NCBI GenBank assembly: GCA_963819655.1
Contig: CAWFXA010000002.1
Span: 512,001-576,000 of the forward strand
Direction: 5' to 3'
Length of the DNA: 64,000 bases
From: an uncultured Chloroflexia bacterium
Lineage (GTDB): Bacteria; Chloroflexota; Limnocylindria; Limnocylindrales; CSP1-4
Positions within the stretch are counted from its first letter, which is position 1; each line of letters starts with the position of its first letter. Positions 34,944 through 44,345 of this stretch are shown one piece after another. The position numbers and the translations under genes are program-made. Under the pieces are notes generated by a model, which worked only from the letters and a program-made list of their open reading frames with translations, ran no database searches and was not told the origin of the DNA.

Positions 34944-35630
34944 TCAGCGCTCCCGTGCGACCGTGATCGCGGAGACCCCGAGTGCGCCCGCGGACTCCAG
35001 CGCCGAGGCGCATGCGGCGAGCGTCGCGCCGGTGGTCACGACGTCGTCGATCAGGAGGATCCAGCGTCCGTGGCACGCGGAAACGGCCCCGCCGTCGACG
35101 ACGAACGCGCCCGAGACGTTGTGCGCCCGGTCGCGCCGGTCGAGGTCGAACTGGGCGATGGTCGCCCGTGCGCGCGTGAGCAGCGGGACGAACGGGAGGC
35201 GGAGCTCGTTCGCCGCTCTTCGTGCGATCAGCTCGGCCTGGTCGTAGCCGCGCCGCCGGGCTCGGTCCTCGTGCACCGGTACGTGCGTGATGAGCTCGGC
35301 GCCCACCCCGACGGCCGCCCATCGGCGCGCGATCGCCCGCCCGAGCGGGTCCGCGAGGCGCTGCTCACCCCCGTACTTGATCGCGTGGAGCGCGTCACGC
35401 GCGACGCCATGGAACGGGGCGCACCACTCGAGCTGGAGGAGCGGCTCGGGGATGTCGCCGGGCAGCCCGATCGCCACGCCCGCCGGGCTTTTCAGGCGGG
35501 CGTCGAGGGTGGGCTCGCAACGCGCGCAGATCGGTGGTCCTTCCGCCCGGCAGCCGACGCAGTTCGCCGGCAAGGCGGCATCGAGCGCTCGAGCCGCGGC
35601 CGTCCGAACGAGTGAGGTGAACGTCGCCAC
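34944..35630 (-). CDS. comF: ComF/ComFC family competence protein
   Basis: CxxC..CxxC, KY, RGYDQA, LIDDVVTTGAT. Confidence 0.92.
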   Translation of the reverse strand: MATFTSLVRTAAARALDAALPANCVGCRAEGPPICARCEPTLDARLKSPAGVAIGLPGDIPEPLLQLEWCAPFHGVARDALHAIKYGGEQRLADPLGRAIARRWAAVGVGAELITHVPVHEDRARRRGYDQAELIARRAANELRLPFVPLLTRARATIAQFDLDRRDRAHNVSGAFVVDGGAVSACHGRWILLIDDVVTTGATLAACASALESAGALGVSAITVARER

Positions 35631-35715
35631 CCGGGCAGGATGGCCGGAGTCGCTCCACCGGCGATCACCCGGGACTTATCGCCCACGTCCTCGACCACAG
35701 CGGCAGGATCGGACG

Positions 35716-36078
35716 TCAGGCGATCTCGATGAGGTCGCCCACGTCAGTCTCCGACGCGTCGATGGTCCCGACGGGGAGCTCCACGACGCCGTGCGCGCCG
35801 CGCACGAACGGAACCAGCCCTGTCCATGCCTTGAGATCGCGGGAGACCGCGACCACCGGCCGGGCACCATCGGCGGTGGCGCGTCCGACGAACACCGCGT
35901 CGATCGGGAAGCGCATGAACATCATGTGGATCCCGTTGGAGTCAGGCAGCCACAGACCGGCACCCGGCGCGAGCGACGGCCGGCCCATCAGGCCCTTGAA
36001 CTTGGCCCACAGCGACCCCGCGACCTCGACGTCCGAGGCGAGCACGCTCGAGCGGGTGCGATTGCGCGCGGCGGTCAC
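35716..36078 (-). CDS. DUF192 domain protein
   Basis: GLMGR, IHMMFMRFPIDAVF, VVELP.G. Confidence 0.9.
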   Translation of the reverse strand: MTAARNRTRSSVLASDVEVAGSLWAKFKGLMGRPSLAPGAGLWLPDSNGIHMMFMRFPIDAVFVGRATADGARPVVAVSRDLKAWTGLVPFVRGAHGVVELPVGTIDASETDVGDLIEIA

Positions 36079-36094
36079 CGGGCGCGAGGAACGG

Positions 36095-37033
36095 CTAGCT
36101 CGTGGCCAGGTTCTGGACGATCAGGATGATCGCCGGCCCGAGGATGACGATGAAGAGCGAGGGGAAGATGCACCCGACGAGCGGGAACAGCATCTTGATC
36201 GGCGCCTTCGCTGCCTGCTCCTCAGCGCGCTGGCGGCGCTCGATGCGGAGCTGCTCCGACTGGACCTGGAGAACCTTCGACACCGACACGCCGAGCTGCT
36301 CGGCCTGGATGATCGCGCCGACGAAGTTCGTCAGCGGCCCGACCTCGGTCCGCGGCACGATGTCGCGCAGCGCGTCACGGCGCGCCTTGCCGACCCGCAC
36401 CTCGGCCAGCGCCCGACGGAACTCGTCGGACAGCGGGCCCTTGAGCTTCTCGACCACCTTCGCGAGCGCGGCATCGAAGCCGAGGCCCGCGCGGACCGAG
36501 ATCGTCAGCAGGTCCAGCGTGTCGGGGATCATCAGGAGGATGGCCTTCTGGCGCTTCTTCACCCGTCCACCCAGCCAGAATTCCGGGAAGATGTACCCGA
36601 AGAGCGCACCCGCCACACCGAGCAGATAGCCGATCGGGAACGGGAAACCGAGCAGGCCGATGACGCCGAACAGGACGGCGAAGATGACGGCCCCCACGAT
36701 CGCGCCGACCGCCTTCACGCCGAGCCAGTCGGCCACACGGAGGTCCCCTGGGTTGCCGGCGAGGGCAAGACGCTTCTCGGTCCGCTCCGTGAACGACGAT
36801 GAGGCCGCACGGGACATCCGCCCCGACAGGCTCGCGACGAGCGGTCGCAGGGTTCGCTCGATGAACGGTTGCTGGAGCTCGAGTTCCTCGAGGTTCTTCG
36901 CCTGCATCGTGCCGAGCTGGGTCAGCCTGGCCTGCACCGGATCGACCGGCGAGCCGCCGGCCAGGCCGATGACGATGAGCAGGATCGCACCGGCGGCGAG
37001 CGCGGCGACGATGACGGGCATGAGGTCCGACAT
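36095..37033 (-). CDS. tadC: Tad pilus platform protein TadC (T2SSF family)
   Basis: PDTLDLL..AGLGFDAAL, AEEQAAKAPIKMLFPL. Confidence 0.92.
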   Translation of the reverse strand: MSDLMPVIVAALAAGAILLIVIGLAGGSPVDPVQARLTQLGTMQAKNLEELELQQPFIERTLRPLVASLSGRMSRAASSSFTERTEKRLALAGNPGDLRVADWLGVKAVGAIVGAVIFAVLFGVIGLLGFPFPIGYLLGVAGALFGYIFPEFWLGGRVKKRQKAILLMIPDTLDLLTISVRAGLGFDAALAKVVEKLKGPLSDEFRRALAEVRVGKARRDALRDIVPRTEVGPLTNFVGAIIQAEQLGVSVSKVLQVQSEQLRIERRQRAEEQAAKAPIKMLFPLVGCIFPSLFIVILGPAIILIVQNLATS

Positions 37034-37036
37034 CGC

Positions 37037-38041
37037 CTAGACCTCGATGTCCACGATGCGGCGGATCATCATGAAACCGATGAACATCATGAAACCACCG
37101 AAGAACAGGATGATCACGCCGGCCGGCAGGCCCGCGATCGCCGGCGGATTGGCGAACATCGGATCCATGAACCCGGGCGCTGCGACGAACAGGAAGCCGG
37201 CCAGGGCGATCGGCAGGAAGCCGACCACATAGCCCGACAGGCGCTGTTGCGCGGTGAGGGTATTGATCTCACCCTTGATGCGGATGCGCTCCCGGATCGT
37301 GTAGGCGATCGAATCGAGGATCTCCGCCAGGTTGCCACCGACCTGGTGCTGGATGGAGATCGCGGTGGCCATCAGCTCGAGGTCGTCGGACCGGACGCGC
37401 CGGACCATGTTCTCGAGTGCCTGCTCGAATGGCAGGCCGAGGTTGACCTCGCGGATGACCCGGCTGAACTCGGTCGAGATCGGCGGGCGCGACTCGCGCA
37501 CGACGAGCTCGATCGCCTGGAGGAACGACGAACCGGCGCGCAGCGCATTGGCGATGAGCGTGATCGTGTCGGGGAGCTGCTTGTTGAAGGCGTTCAGGCG
37601 GCCGCCCTTGCGGCGGTTGAGCCAGAACCGCGGGAGCAGGAAGCCGACGAACCCGCCGATGAGCAGCGCGATCGGTGACCCAAGGGCCTCGAAGAAGAAG
37701 CTGAAGATGAAGAACAGGACCGGAACGCCGACGATCGACCCGATCCAGATGAACAGGAACTCGGACGGCTTCAGCCGCAGGTCGGCACGGGCCAGCTCGC
37801 GGGCGAGGTTCGCCCCGAAGTCGCGACCCTCGACGACCTTGTTCAGGTTCGCGAGTGCCTGGCTCTGGGCGATCAGGTCGCTGATCGGCCCCTGGCCGGT
37901 CGTGACCGCCTTCGTGCCCTCGCCGCGGCCGGAGGCATAGCGCTCCAGCCGGTCGGAGATGCCCGAGTTGCCGGAGCTGGCGATGCCGAACGCGATCAGG
38001 ATGACCGCCAGGGCAGCGACGCCGGCGACGGCGAGCGTCAA
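37037..38041 (-). CDS. tadB: Tad pilus platform protein TadB
   Basis: QLPD..ANALRAG, GGNLAEILD, LTAQQRLS; true start is probably GTG 38049 with a 1-nt indel. Confidence 0.9.
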   Translation of the reverse strand: MTLAVAGVAALAVILIAFGIASSGNSGISDRLERYASGRGEGTKAVTTGQGPISDLIAQSQALANLNKVVEGRDFGANLARELARADLRLKPSEFLFIWIGSIVGVPVLFFIFSFFFEALGSPIALLIGGFVGFLLPRFWLNRRKGGRLNAFNKQLPDTITLIANALRAGSSFLQAIELVVRESRPPISTEFSRVIREVNLGLPFEQALENMVRRVRSDDLELMATAISIQHQVGGNLAEILDSIAYTIRERIRIKGEINTLTAQQRLSGYVVGFLPIALAGFLFVAAPGFMDPMFANPPAIAGLPAGVIILFFGGFMMFIGFMMIRRIVDIEV

Positions 38042-38066
38042 GGATCCACGATGTCCTCCCTCCGCC

Positions 38067-39476
38067 TCAGTACGCGAAGCCGAAGAGGCCCGGGGGCAGG
38101 TTGATGCCCATGATCTCGAACTTCTCGACGAACTTCGGCCGGATGCCCGTCGCCTTGAGGCGACCCTGGATCTTGCCCTCGACGACACCCGTCTGCTCGA
38201 AGACGAACACGTCCTGCATGACGATGACGTCGCCTTCCATGCCCTGGACCTCGGTGATGTGGGTGATCTTCCGGGTCCCGTCCTTGAGGCGGCTCTGGTG
38301 GACGATCAGGTCGACGGCGGATGCGACCTGCTCGCGGATGGCCCGCAGCGGCAGGTCGACGCCGGCCATGAGGACCATCGTCTCGAGTCGGGCGAGCATG
38401 TCGCGCGGGGAGTTGGCGTGGCCGGTCGACATCGAGCCGTCGTGGCCCGTGTTCATGGCCTGGAGCATGTCGAGCGCCTCGCCCGACCGGCACTCCCCGA
38501 CGATGATCCGATCGGGCCGCATGCGCAGGGCGTTGCGCACGAGCTCCCGGATCGGGATCGCACCCTTGCCCTCGATGTTCGGCGGGCGAGACTCGAGGGT
38601 GACGACGTGCTCCTGGCGGAGCTGCAGCTCGGCGGCGTCCTCGATCGTGACGATCCGCTCGTCATTCGGGATGAACGACGAGAGGACGTTGAGGGTCGTC
38701 GTCTTGCCGGAGCCGGTGCCGCCGGACACGAAGATGTTGAGCCGCGCCTCGACGCAGGCGCGCATGAAGTCGAACATGTCGGCAGTCGCCGTGCCGAACC
38801 GGATGAGATCGTCGACGGTGAAGGGGGACGCCGAGAACTTCCGGATCGTGATGACGGGTCCGACCAGCGAGAGCGGCGGGATGATGGCGTTGACGCGCGA
38901 GCCGTCGGTCAGCCGCGCGTCGACCATCGGCGAGGACTCGTCCACGCGCCGACCGATCGGGGCGATGATCCGGTCGATGATGCGCATGACGTGGTCGTCG
39001 TTCTGGAAGACGACGTTGGTCAGCTCGAGCTTGCCCGATCGCTCGATGTAGACCTGACGCGGGCCGTTGACCATCACCTCGGTGATGGACTCGTCGCGCA
39101 GGAGCGGCTCGAGCGGTCCCAGACCGATGATCTCGTCCGTGATCTGCTCGAGCATCCGGACGCGCTCGGCACGGGTCAGGGCGAGGCCTTCCTCGTCGAT
39201 GACCTTGCCGAAGATCTCCTCGATCTGACGGCGCACCTCGACCTGGTTGGACAGGTCGAGCTTCGGATCCAGGTCCTGGATGACCCGGTTCTGGATCCGG
39301 AACTTCACGTCCCGGAACGATTCCCGGACCGGCGCCTGCGTCTGGAGACGCGGCATCGTGGGCATCGTTGGCGGTCCACCGGCTGGCGCCGGTACGTTCG
39401 AGACCGGCGGCCCACCCGCCGGCGCCTCGCCGGAACTGCCCGGTCGAGCACTCTCGATCCGCTTCAACAGGGACAT
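38067..39476 (-). CDS. cpaF: Tad pilus ATPase CpaF/TadA
   Basis: GGTGSGKTT, LRMRPDRIIVGE, AMNTGHDG. Confidence 0.96.
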   Translation of the reverse strand: MSLLKRIESARPGSSGEAPAGGPPVSNVPAPAGGPPTMPTMPRLQTQAPVRESFRDVKFRIQNRVIQDLDPKLDLSNQVEVRRQIEEIFGKVIDEEGLALTRAERVRMLEQITDEIIGLGPLEPLLRDESITEVMVNGPRQVYIERSGKLELTNVVFQNDDHVMRIIDRIIAPIGRRVDESSPMVDARLTDGSRVNAIIPPLSLVGPVITIRKFSASPFTVDDLIRFGTATADMFDFMRACVEARLNIFVSGGTGSGKTTTLNVLSSFIPNDERIVTIEDAAELQLRQEHVVTLESRPPNIEGKGAIPIRELVRNALRMRPDRIIVGECRSGEALDMLQAMNTGHDGSMSTGHANSPRDMLARLETMVLMAGVDLPLRAIREQVASAVDLIVHQSRLKDGTRKITHITEVQGMEGDVIVMQDVFVFEQTGVVEGKIQGRLKATGIRPKFVEKFEIMGINLPPGLFGFAY

Positions 39477-39534
39477 GAGCTACACCCCTTCTCGCCCCGA
39501 GGGCCGGATTTGGCGGCCTGATCCGTCACGACGA

Positions 39535-40803
39535 TCAGCGCCATGCGAACAACGATTTCTTCTGTGTGGCCTTGCGGTTGTCTTCGGTGACGGGCGCGAC
39601 TTGCACCCGTTCGCCGACGACGGTCCGCGCGAGCCGAAGGATGTCCTGGGAGACCTGCGCCTCCCGATTGCTGAGGAAGAACGGGACGCCTCGATTGAGG
39701 GCGTAGACCACGCTCCGCCCATCGCTCACGATGGTCTCGTCGACCTTGCGTCCGATCGAATGCTCGACGTCCGTCACGCGGATGCCGAGCGCCGAGTCCG
39801 CGCGGTTGAGGATGAGGCGGACCTTCCCGCCATCGTATCCGAGCTGGTCGGCGACCTCCAGGAAGAGGCGCATGTTCTTGATGCTCGTGATCTCGAGGCT
39901 CAGCATCGTGAGGATCGTATCCGCCGAGTCGAGGATCGCCAGCGTCGTGTCGTTGAAGAACGCCGTGCAGTCGACCACCACGAGCTCATGGGTCATCCGC
40001 AGCGCTTCGATCACGCGCTTGATGCCGGCCGGTGTGATCAGCTCGGCCATCTCCGGGCTGGGCGGGGCGAGCAGGACGCGGATCCCGGCGGAGTGATTGA
40101 TGACGAACGTGTCGATCGACTCCACCTCGTGACCGGCCTGTTCGAGCTCCGGGACGAGGTCCGCGATCGACTTGTTCTTCGGGTTGAGGTTGAGCAGGAC
40201 CCCGACGTCGCCGAACTGGAACGAACCGTCGACCAGGACGACCTTCTTGCCGAGCTCGGTGGCCGCGGCCACGGCGAGATTGACGGCCACCGTCGTCCGG
40301 CCCACGCCGCCCTTCGGGCTGAACACGGCCACGACCTGGCCGGGCTCGCCGGAGGGCGTCTGGCTGGTCCCCGTGCGTGGTCCGCCGGCCTCGGCTGCGG
40401 CGACCGCCATGCGGGTCATCTTCTCCCGCTCGCGTGTGAACACCTGCCGGATCGACGCGGTCAGCTCGTCGCTGCTGAAAGGCTTGACGAGAAACTCGCG
40501 TGCGCCCGCGAGCATCGACCGGCGCAGGTAGTCCGACTCGCCCTGGACGGACATCATGATCACCGACGCCGTGGGGACCTCGCGCGCGAGCAGCTCCGTT
40601 GTGGCGATCCCGTCCATGTCCGGCATGTTGATGTCCATGAGGACGACATCCGGGTTCAGTGAGGTCGCCAGCTGCAGGGCCTCGGCCCCGGACGCGGCCG
40701 CCCCGATGACGTCGATGTCACCCTCGAAGCCCAGCAGCTTCGAGAGGTGGTCGCGCGTCTCCGGGATGTCGTCGACGATCAGGACACGGATCTGGTCGGC
40801 CAT
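39535..40803 (-). CDS. cpaE: CpaE/TadZ: receiver domain plus MinD/ParA-like ATPase
   Basis: IVDD, LMDINMP receiver motifs; SPKGGVGRTT deviant Walker A. Confidence 0.9.
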   Translation of the reverse strand: MADQIRVLIVDDIPETRDHLSKLLGFEGDIDVIGAAASGAEALQLATSLNPDVVLMDINMPDMDGIATTELLAREVPTASVIMMSVQGESDYLRRSMLAGAREFLVKPFSSDELTASIRQVFTREREKMTRMAVAAAEAGGPRTGTSQTPSGEPGQVVAVFSPKGGVGRTTVAVNLAVAAATELGKKVVLVDGSFQFGDVGVLLNLNPKNKSIADLVPELEQAGHEVESIDTFVINHSAGIRVLLAPPSPEMAELITPAGIKRVIEALRMTHELVVVDCTAFFNDTTLAILDSADTILTMLSLEITSIKNMRLFLEVADQLGYDGGKVRLILNRADSALGIRVTDVEHSIGRKVDETIVSDGRSVVYALNRGVPFFLSNREAQVSQDILRLARTVVGERVQVAPVTEDNRKATQKKSLFAWR

Positions 40804-40923
40804 CTGAGGGTCTGGCTCTCGTCCTTACTGTTCGGTTGACGCCCGACGGGCGCGGGACCCGGCTGGTCCATCGCGCCCGTCGCGCTGGGTCATGGTACCG
40901 GCGGACTGCCGGTCGTGCGGTGA

Positions 40924-41826
40924 CTAGCGCCGGGCCTGCGCCGGCAGGACCGTCTCGATGAGCTCCGGCGGCAGGACGCCGTAGCGGTCGACAAGTGACT
41001 TGAGGATGATGCCGGTGGTCGGGTCCGGCAGCGGCGGCGGATCGATGGGCAGGCCGGTCAGGGGGTCGAGGAAGTCCTCGCCCGACCGGAGGATCAGGCT
41101 GATCTCGCCATCCATCTGGGCGAACTTGATGACCTCGGCCTGCTGCGCGTCGACCGACAGGGCGACGATCTCCTGCTGGCCGGTCAGGGCCGTTCCGCTC
41201 TGGTCCGGCGCGGGCTGGCCCTCCGCGCTCTGCGCCTGCTCGGGGGGCGGTGGGAGCAGCGTGCCGAGCACCTGCATGCCCTGGAGGAGCAGCTTGACGC
41301 TCGTGCCGTTGATGCCGGAGACGACGGTGAAGGTGTCGTCGACCGGGTTGGTCGTGATGACCGGGAACTTGTCGGCGCGGATACCGACGACCATGTCGAC
41401 GTAGTCACCGGTCTTGATGACGGTGCCGACGCCCGTCACCTGGTCGACCTGGACCGTGATCGCGCGCTGGCCCGGTGGGACCTGGATGTCGAGGATCTGG
41501 CCCGGCCTGACCGCCTGACAGCGTCCGGCTGGTGATCGCCGCGCCGGTCACGACGGGCTCGCGGACGGTCTTGCCGAGGACCTGGGAGACGTCCCCGAAG
41601 GCATCGACATCGCGCCCGTCGATGGGCTTGTCCTCGACGGTCACCTTGTCCGCGGTGATCCGCGCGCCGAGCGGGATGTCGGCCGTCGCGATGACGGTCG
41701 TGCCGTGGTCGGGAGCGGTGGTGTGCCGCCGCCGCCGCCGCCCGGTTGCAGGAATATGACGGCGATGAACGCGACGATCGCCAGGAAGACCCCGACGAGC
41801 AAAACCAAGCGATTAGAACGCTTCAA
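40924..41826 (-). CDS. cpaB: Flp pilus assembly protein CpaB/RcpC (two frameshifts)
   Basis: N-terminal TM segment, SAF-like VIATADIP, VP.GQRAITV.VD..TGVG..I..GDYVD, LLLQ; split over three frames. Confidence 0.85.
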
Positions 41827-41892
41827 GAGACCTCTCCCCGAGTCGGTGGTGTGACAGGTGGCACCACTGTAGCATCGCGAAAGAGGCGCGCG

Positions 41893-41967
41893 ACTATACC
41901 AATGGGCTAGGACCCTGTGGTAGGAAACGGCAGGAATCCGCGCACCTTGCAAGGTCGATTGCAAGGT
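41893..41967 (-). promoter_or_regulatory. cpaB operon promoter region
   Basis: TGgTATAGT extended -10 (41893-41901); ACCTTGCAAGGT palindrome with repeated TTGCAAGGT (41944-41967). Confidence 0.55.
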
Positions 41968-41981
41968 TCCGCGGAGGGCAT

Positions 41982-42015
41982 GAAAGGGCCCGCCGGACGG
42001 GTGTCCGGCGGGCCC
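41982..42015 (-). terminator. intrinsic terminator after the last flp gene
   Basis: 13-bp perfect stem followed by TTTC on the minus strand. Confidence 0.75.
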
Positions 42016-42036
42016 ACAACGAGGACGAAAGAGCGA

Positions 42037-42210
42037 TCAGACTGCGTTACCGATGACGCTGAGCTTGTCGCTGATCTGGCTTCCGAGGTAGATGAGCGCG
42101 ACGATCGCGATGACCGCGATCAACGCGAGGATGAGTGCGTATTCGGCCAGGCCCTGTCCGTCCTCGTCCCCACGGAGTCGGTCCACGAAGGACACGACAC
42201 GAGTCGTCAT
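42037..42210 (-). CDS. flp: Flp family type IVc pilin
   Basis: G|QGLAEY motif plus hydrophobic helix; GGAGGT RBS. Confidence 0.93.
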   Translation of the reverse strand: MTTRVVSFVDRLRGDEDGQGLAEYALILALIAVIAIVALIYLGSQISDKLSVIGNAV

Positions 42211-42242
42211 AGTGTTCACCTCCTTTCCACGAAGGTGCCGTC

Positions 42243-42286
42243 AACGTACGTCCCGCCGCCTCGATGTCAATAGGCCCCTCGGGTCA
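42243..42286 (-). promoter_or_regulatory. pilin promoter with upstream box
   Basis: TTGACA-16 bp-TACGTT; TAGGCC-N4-GGGTCA box abutting -35. Confidence 0.6.
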
Positions 42287-42314
42287 CTACGGGCATGGAC
42301 GCACCAGAGACGGA

Positions 42315-42349
42315 GAGACCGCCGTGCCACTCGGGACGCCGGCGGTCTC
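42315..42349 (-). terminator. hairpin after flp 42368..42535
   Basis: GAGACCGCCG/CGGCGGTCTC stem. Confidence 0.5.
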
Positions 42350-42367
42350 GATCGGTTGGCGGCTCGG

Positions 42368-42535
42368 CTAGACCGAGTTGCCGACGGTGCTCAGGATCGA
42401 GCTGACCTGGTTGCCCAGGAAGATCAGCGCGATGATCGCGATGATCGCGATGAGTGCGAGGATCAGCGCGTACTCCGCGAGACCCTGGCCTTCGTCACGT
42501 CGGAACGAATCGATAAGAGCAAGAAACTGCGTCAT
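42368..42535 (-). CDS. flp: Flp family pilin (55 aa, absent from the ORF track)
   Basis: MTQFLALIDSFRRDEGQGLAEYALILAL...VGNSV; AAGGAGGT RBS. Confidence 0.93.
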   Translation of the reverse strand: MTQFLALIDSFRRDEGQGLAEYALILALIAIIAIIALIFLGNQVSSILSTVGNSV

Positions 42536-42587
42536 GTATGGATACCTCCTTTCCTTCGAAAGCTCCCCGCTGAACGGAGGCCACGCG

Positions 42588-42634
42588 ACCCTACGGTCGC
42601 ACCATCGGGTCTGTCAACTCGGCCGATGTACCTA
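42588..42634 (-). promoter_or_regulatory. pilin promoter with upstream box
   Basis: TTGACA-18 bp-TAGGGT; TAGGTA-N4-GGCCGA box 1 nt upstream of -35. Confidence 0.55.
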
Positions 42635-42655
42635 GCGGTGCGTCGGCAAAACGAA

Positions 42656-42682
42656 GACCGCCGGTCGCTGTGACCGGCGGTC
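42656..42682 (-). terminator. intrinsic terminator after flp 42705..42875
   Basis: 11-bp stem followed by TTCGTTTT on the minus strand. Confidence 0.65.
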
Positions 42683-42704
42683 CGTCCGTTGTCGGAAGTC
42701 GGTG

Positions 42705-42875
42705 CTAGACCGAGTTGCCGACGGTGCTCAGGATCGAGCTGACCTGGTTGCCCAGGAAGATCAGCGCGATGATCGCGATGATCGCGATGAGTGCGAGGAT
42801 CAGCGCGTACTCCGCGAGACCCTGGCCCTCCTCGTCACGGCGAAGCGTGGCGAGGAACGAGGTGAAGAGCGCCAT
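42705..42875 (-). CDS. flp: Flp family pilin
   Basis: MALFTSFLATLRRDEEGQGLAEY...; AGGAGG RBS. Confidence 0.93.
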   Translation of the reverse strand: MALFTSFLATLRRDEEGQGLAEYALILALIAIIAIIALIFLGNQVSSILSTVGNSV

Positions 42876-42998
42876 GCGTAGGTGCCTCCTGGATGAGTAC
42901 TCACCCCCAGATGAGGGCTGGGCCACTATATGGAGAGGTCGCGCGATCCCGAAACTGAGACGATGGTACCGGCGGTGCTCTCGCTCACCGGTACCCGG

Positions 42999-43157
42999 TC
43001 AGCCGCCGGTGGCGCGGTCGATCGCGATGCCGATGGCGGCGAGCGCGTCTGACACGGTCCCGCCGAAGACCACCAGCCAGACCGCCGTCAGGGCGCTCGA
43101 GATGGCCAGGATGAGGCCGTACTCGACGAGCCCCTGGCCGTGGTCACGCCGGCTCAT
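42999..43157 (-). CDS. flp: divergent Flp family pilin (52 aa, absent from the ORF track)
   Basis: MSRRDHGQGLVEYGLILAI...; ATGA overlap with the upstream kinase. Confidence 0.85.
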   Translation of the reverse strand: MSRRDHGQGLVEYGLILAISSALTAVWLVVFGGTVSDALAAIGIAIDRATGG

Positions 43158-44345
43158 GCGCCGGTCGTCGGAGCCGTCGCCTCGAGCGCCGGCAGGTCGG
43201 TCGCCAGGTGGAGATGTCCGCCGTCGGCCCGCAGCTCGGCCTCGACGCCGACCGACGCGGCGCGGTCCTGTATCTCATGCCACGTCGCGGCCGGCAGGAC
43301 GACGATCGATGCCCGGACCGCGGCCGCCGCGGCTTCACGTTTCGCCGTCCGTCGATCCTCGACGAGCGCGGCGAGGGCCGGCGGCAGGTTCTTGCCGGCC
43401 TCCACGGTGGGGATGGCGATATCCGTCGGCATCGTCGACTCCGCCGCGACGGCACGCGTCGCAACGACGTCGGCGGTCAGCCGATCGCTCCAGTCGAGCT
43501 TCATCGAGATGAGGTCCGGCTCGGCGCCGAGGTAGCCCGCGAGGGCCTCATCGAGGATCCGGAACAGTCCGCTCTCGAGATCCATCGGCAGGCGCTGGTC
43601 CTGTCCCATCGATTCGAACTCCACCGGGATGTCGGCCCGCCGACTGCGCTCCCGTGTCGCGCGCCGGAGCGTCGGGACGAGGCCGAGGTCGTCGAGCACC
43701 ATCGGGCGGACGTCGAAGATGAACGTCTTCGTCGCGTCGAGAGTCTGCTGGACCATCGCCACCAGGTGCTGCACCTCGACGGCCGACGCCTCGGGGTCCT
43801 TGCCGACCAGACGCTCGACGATCTGTGCCTGCAGGACGATGTTCGTGAGGCTCTGGGCCGGGCCGTCGTGCATCGCCCGCGCGATCTCGCGTCGGAGGTC
43901 TTCCTGGGCACCCATCAGCAGCCGCGCCACCGCCGGCGGCATCGGTTCGTCTCCGGCGCCGTCCGCGCCGCCGGTCCCTTCGGCCCCGACGCCGCTCAGC
44001 GCGTCGATGTAGCTCACGATCGCATCGCGATAGCGCGCAAGCGCGCGGCGCTTGCCGTCGAGCACCTCGACCTGCGTCTCCATCAGCGCCGCCCGTTTGG
44101 TCAGCCCGACCAGGGCGGCCGTCTGTTCGAGGCGCTCGGTGATGTCCGCGCTGCCCGACAGGCCCTCGCAGCTTGTCCGTCGTGGACGTGCGGCGCGCCT
44201 CGTGACGGGCAGCCTCGGTCCTGGCCTGGGCGATGAGCAGGTCGACCTCGTCCAGTTCCTTGTCGAGGGTGAGGAGGTCGTCGGCGAGCCGCGTCGACAG
44301 CGCGTCGACGCCTGTGGTCGGCTGGGTCGCGGTGTCGTTCGCCAT
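43154..44345 (-). CDS. DegS-like HisKA_3 histidine kinase with degenerate ATPase domain (frameshifts near 44100-44165)
   Basis: N-terminal coiled coil; IARAMHDGPAQ, RPMVLDDLGL; no DxGxG box. Confidence 0.8.

Larger units (their letters stand above)
42367..42827. repeat. 124-bp perfect direct repeat (42367-42490 and 42704-42827)
   Basis: Identical nucleotide sequence encoding the mature pilin of two flp genes. Confidence 0.9.

Noticed and set aside
42367-42827. CRISPR-like or DGR template/variable repeat
   Set aside because: Only two identical copies, both coding for pilin; no spacers, adenine-specific mismatches, cas or reverse transcriptase genes
41827-42998. c-di-GMP riboswitch in front of pilin or cpaB genes
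   Set aside because: No GEMM-like GCAAA/GNRA-receptor pattern; gaps are explained by promoters and terminators
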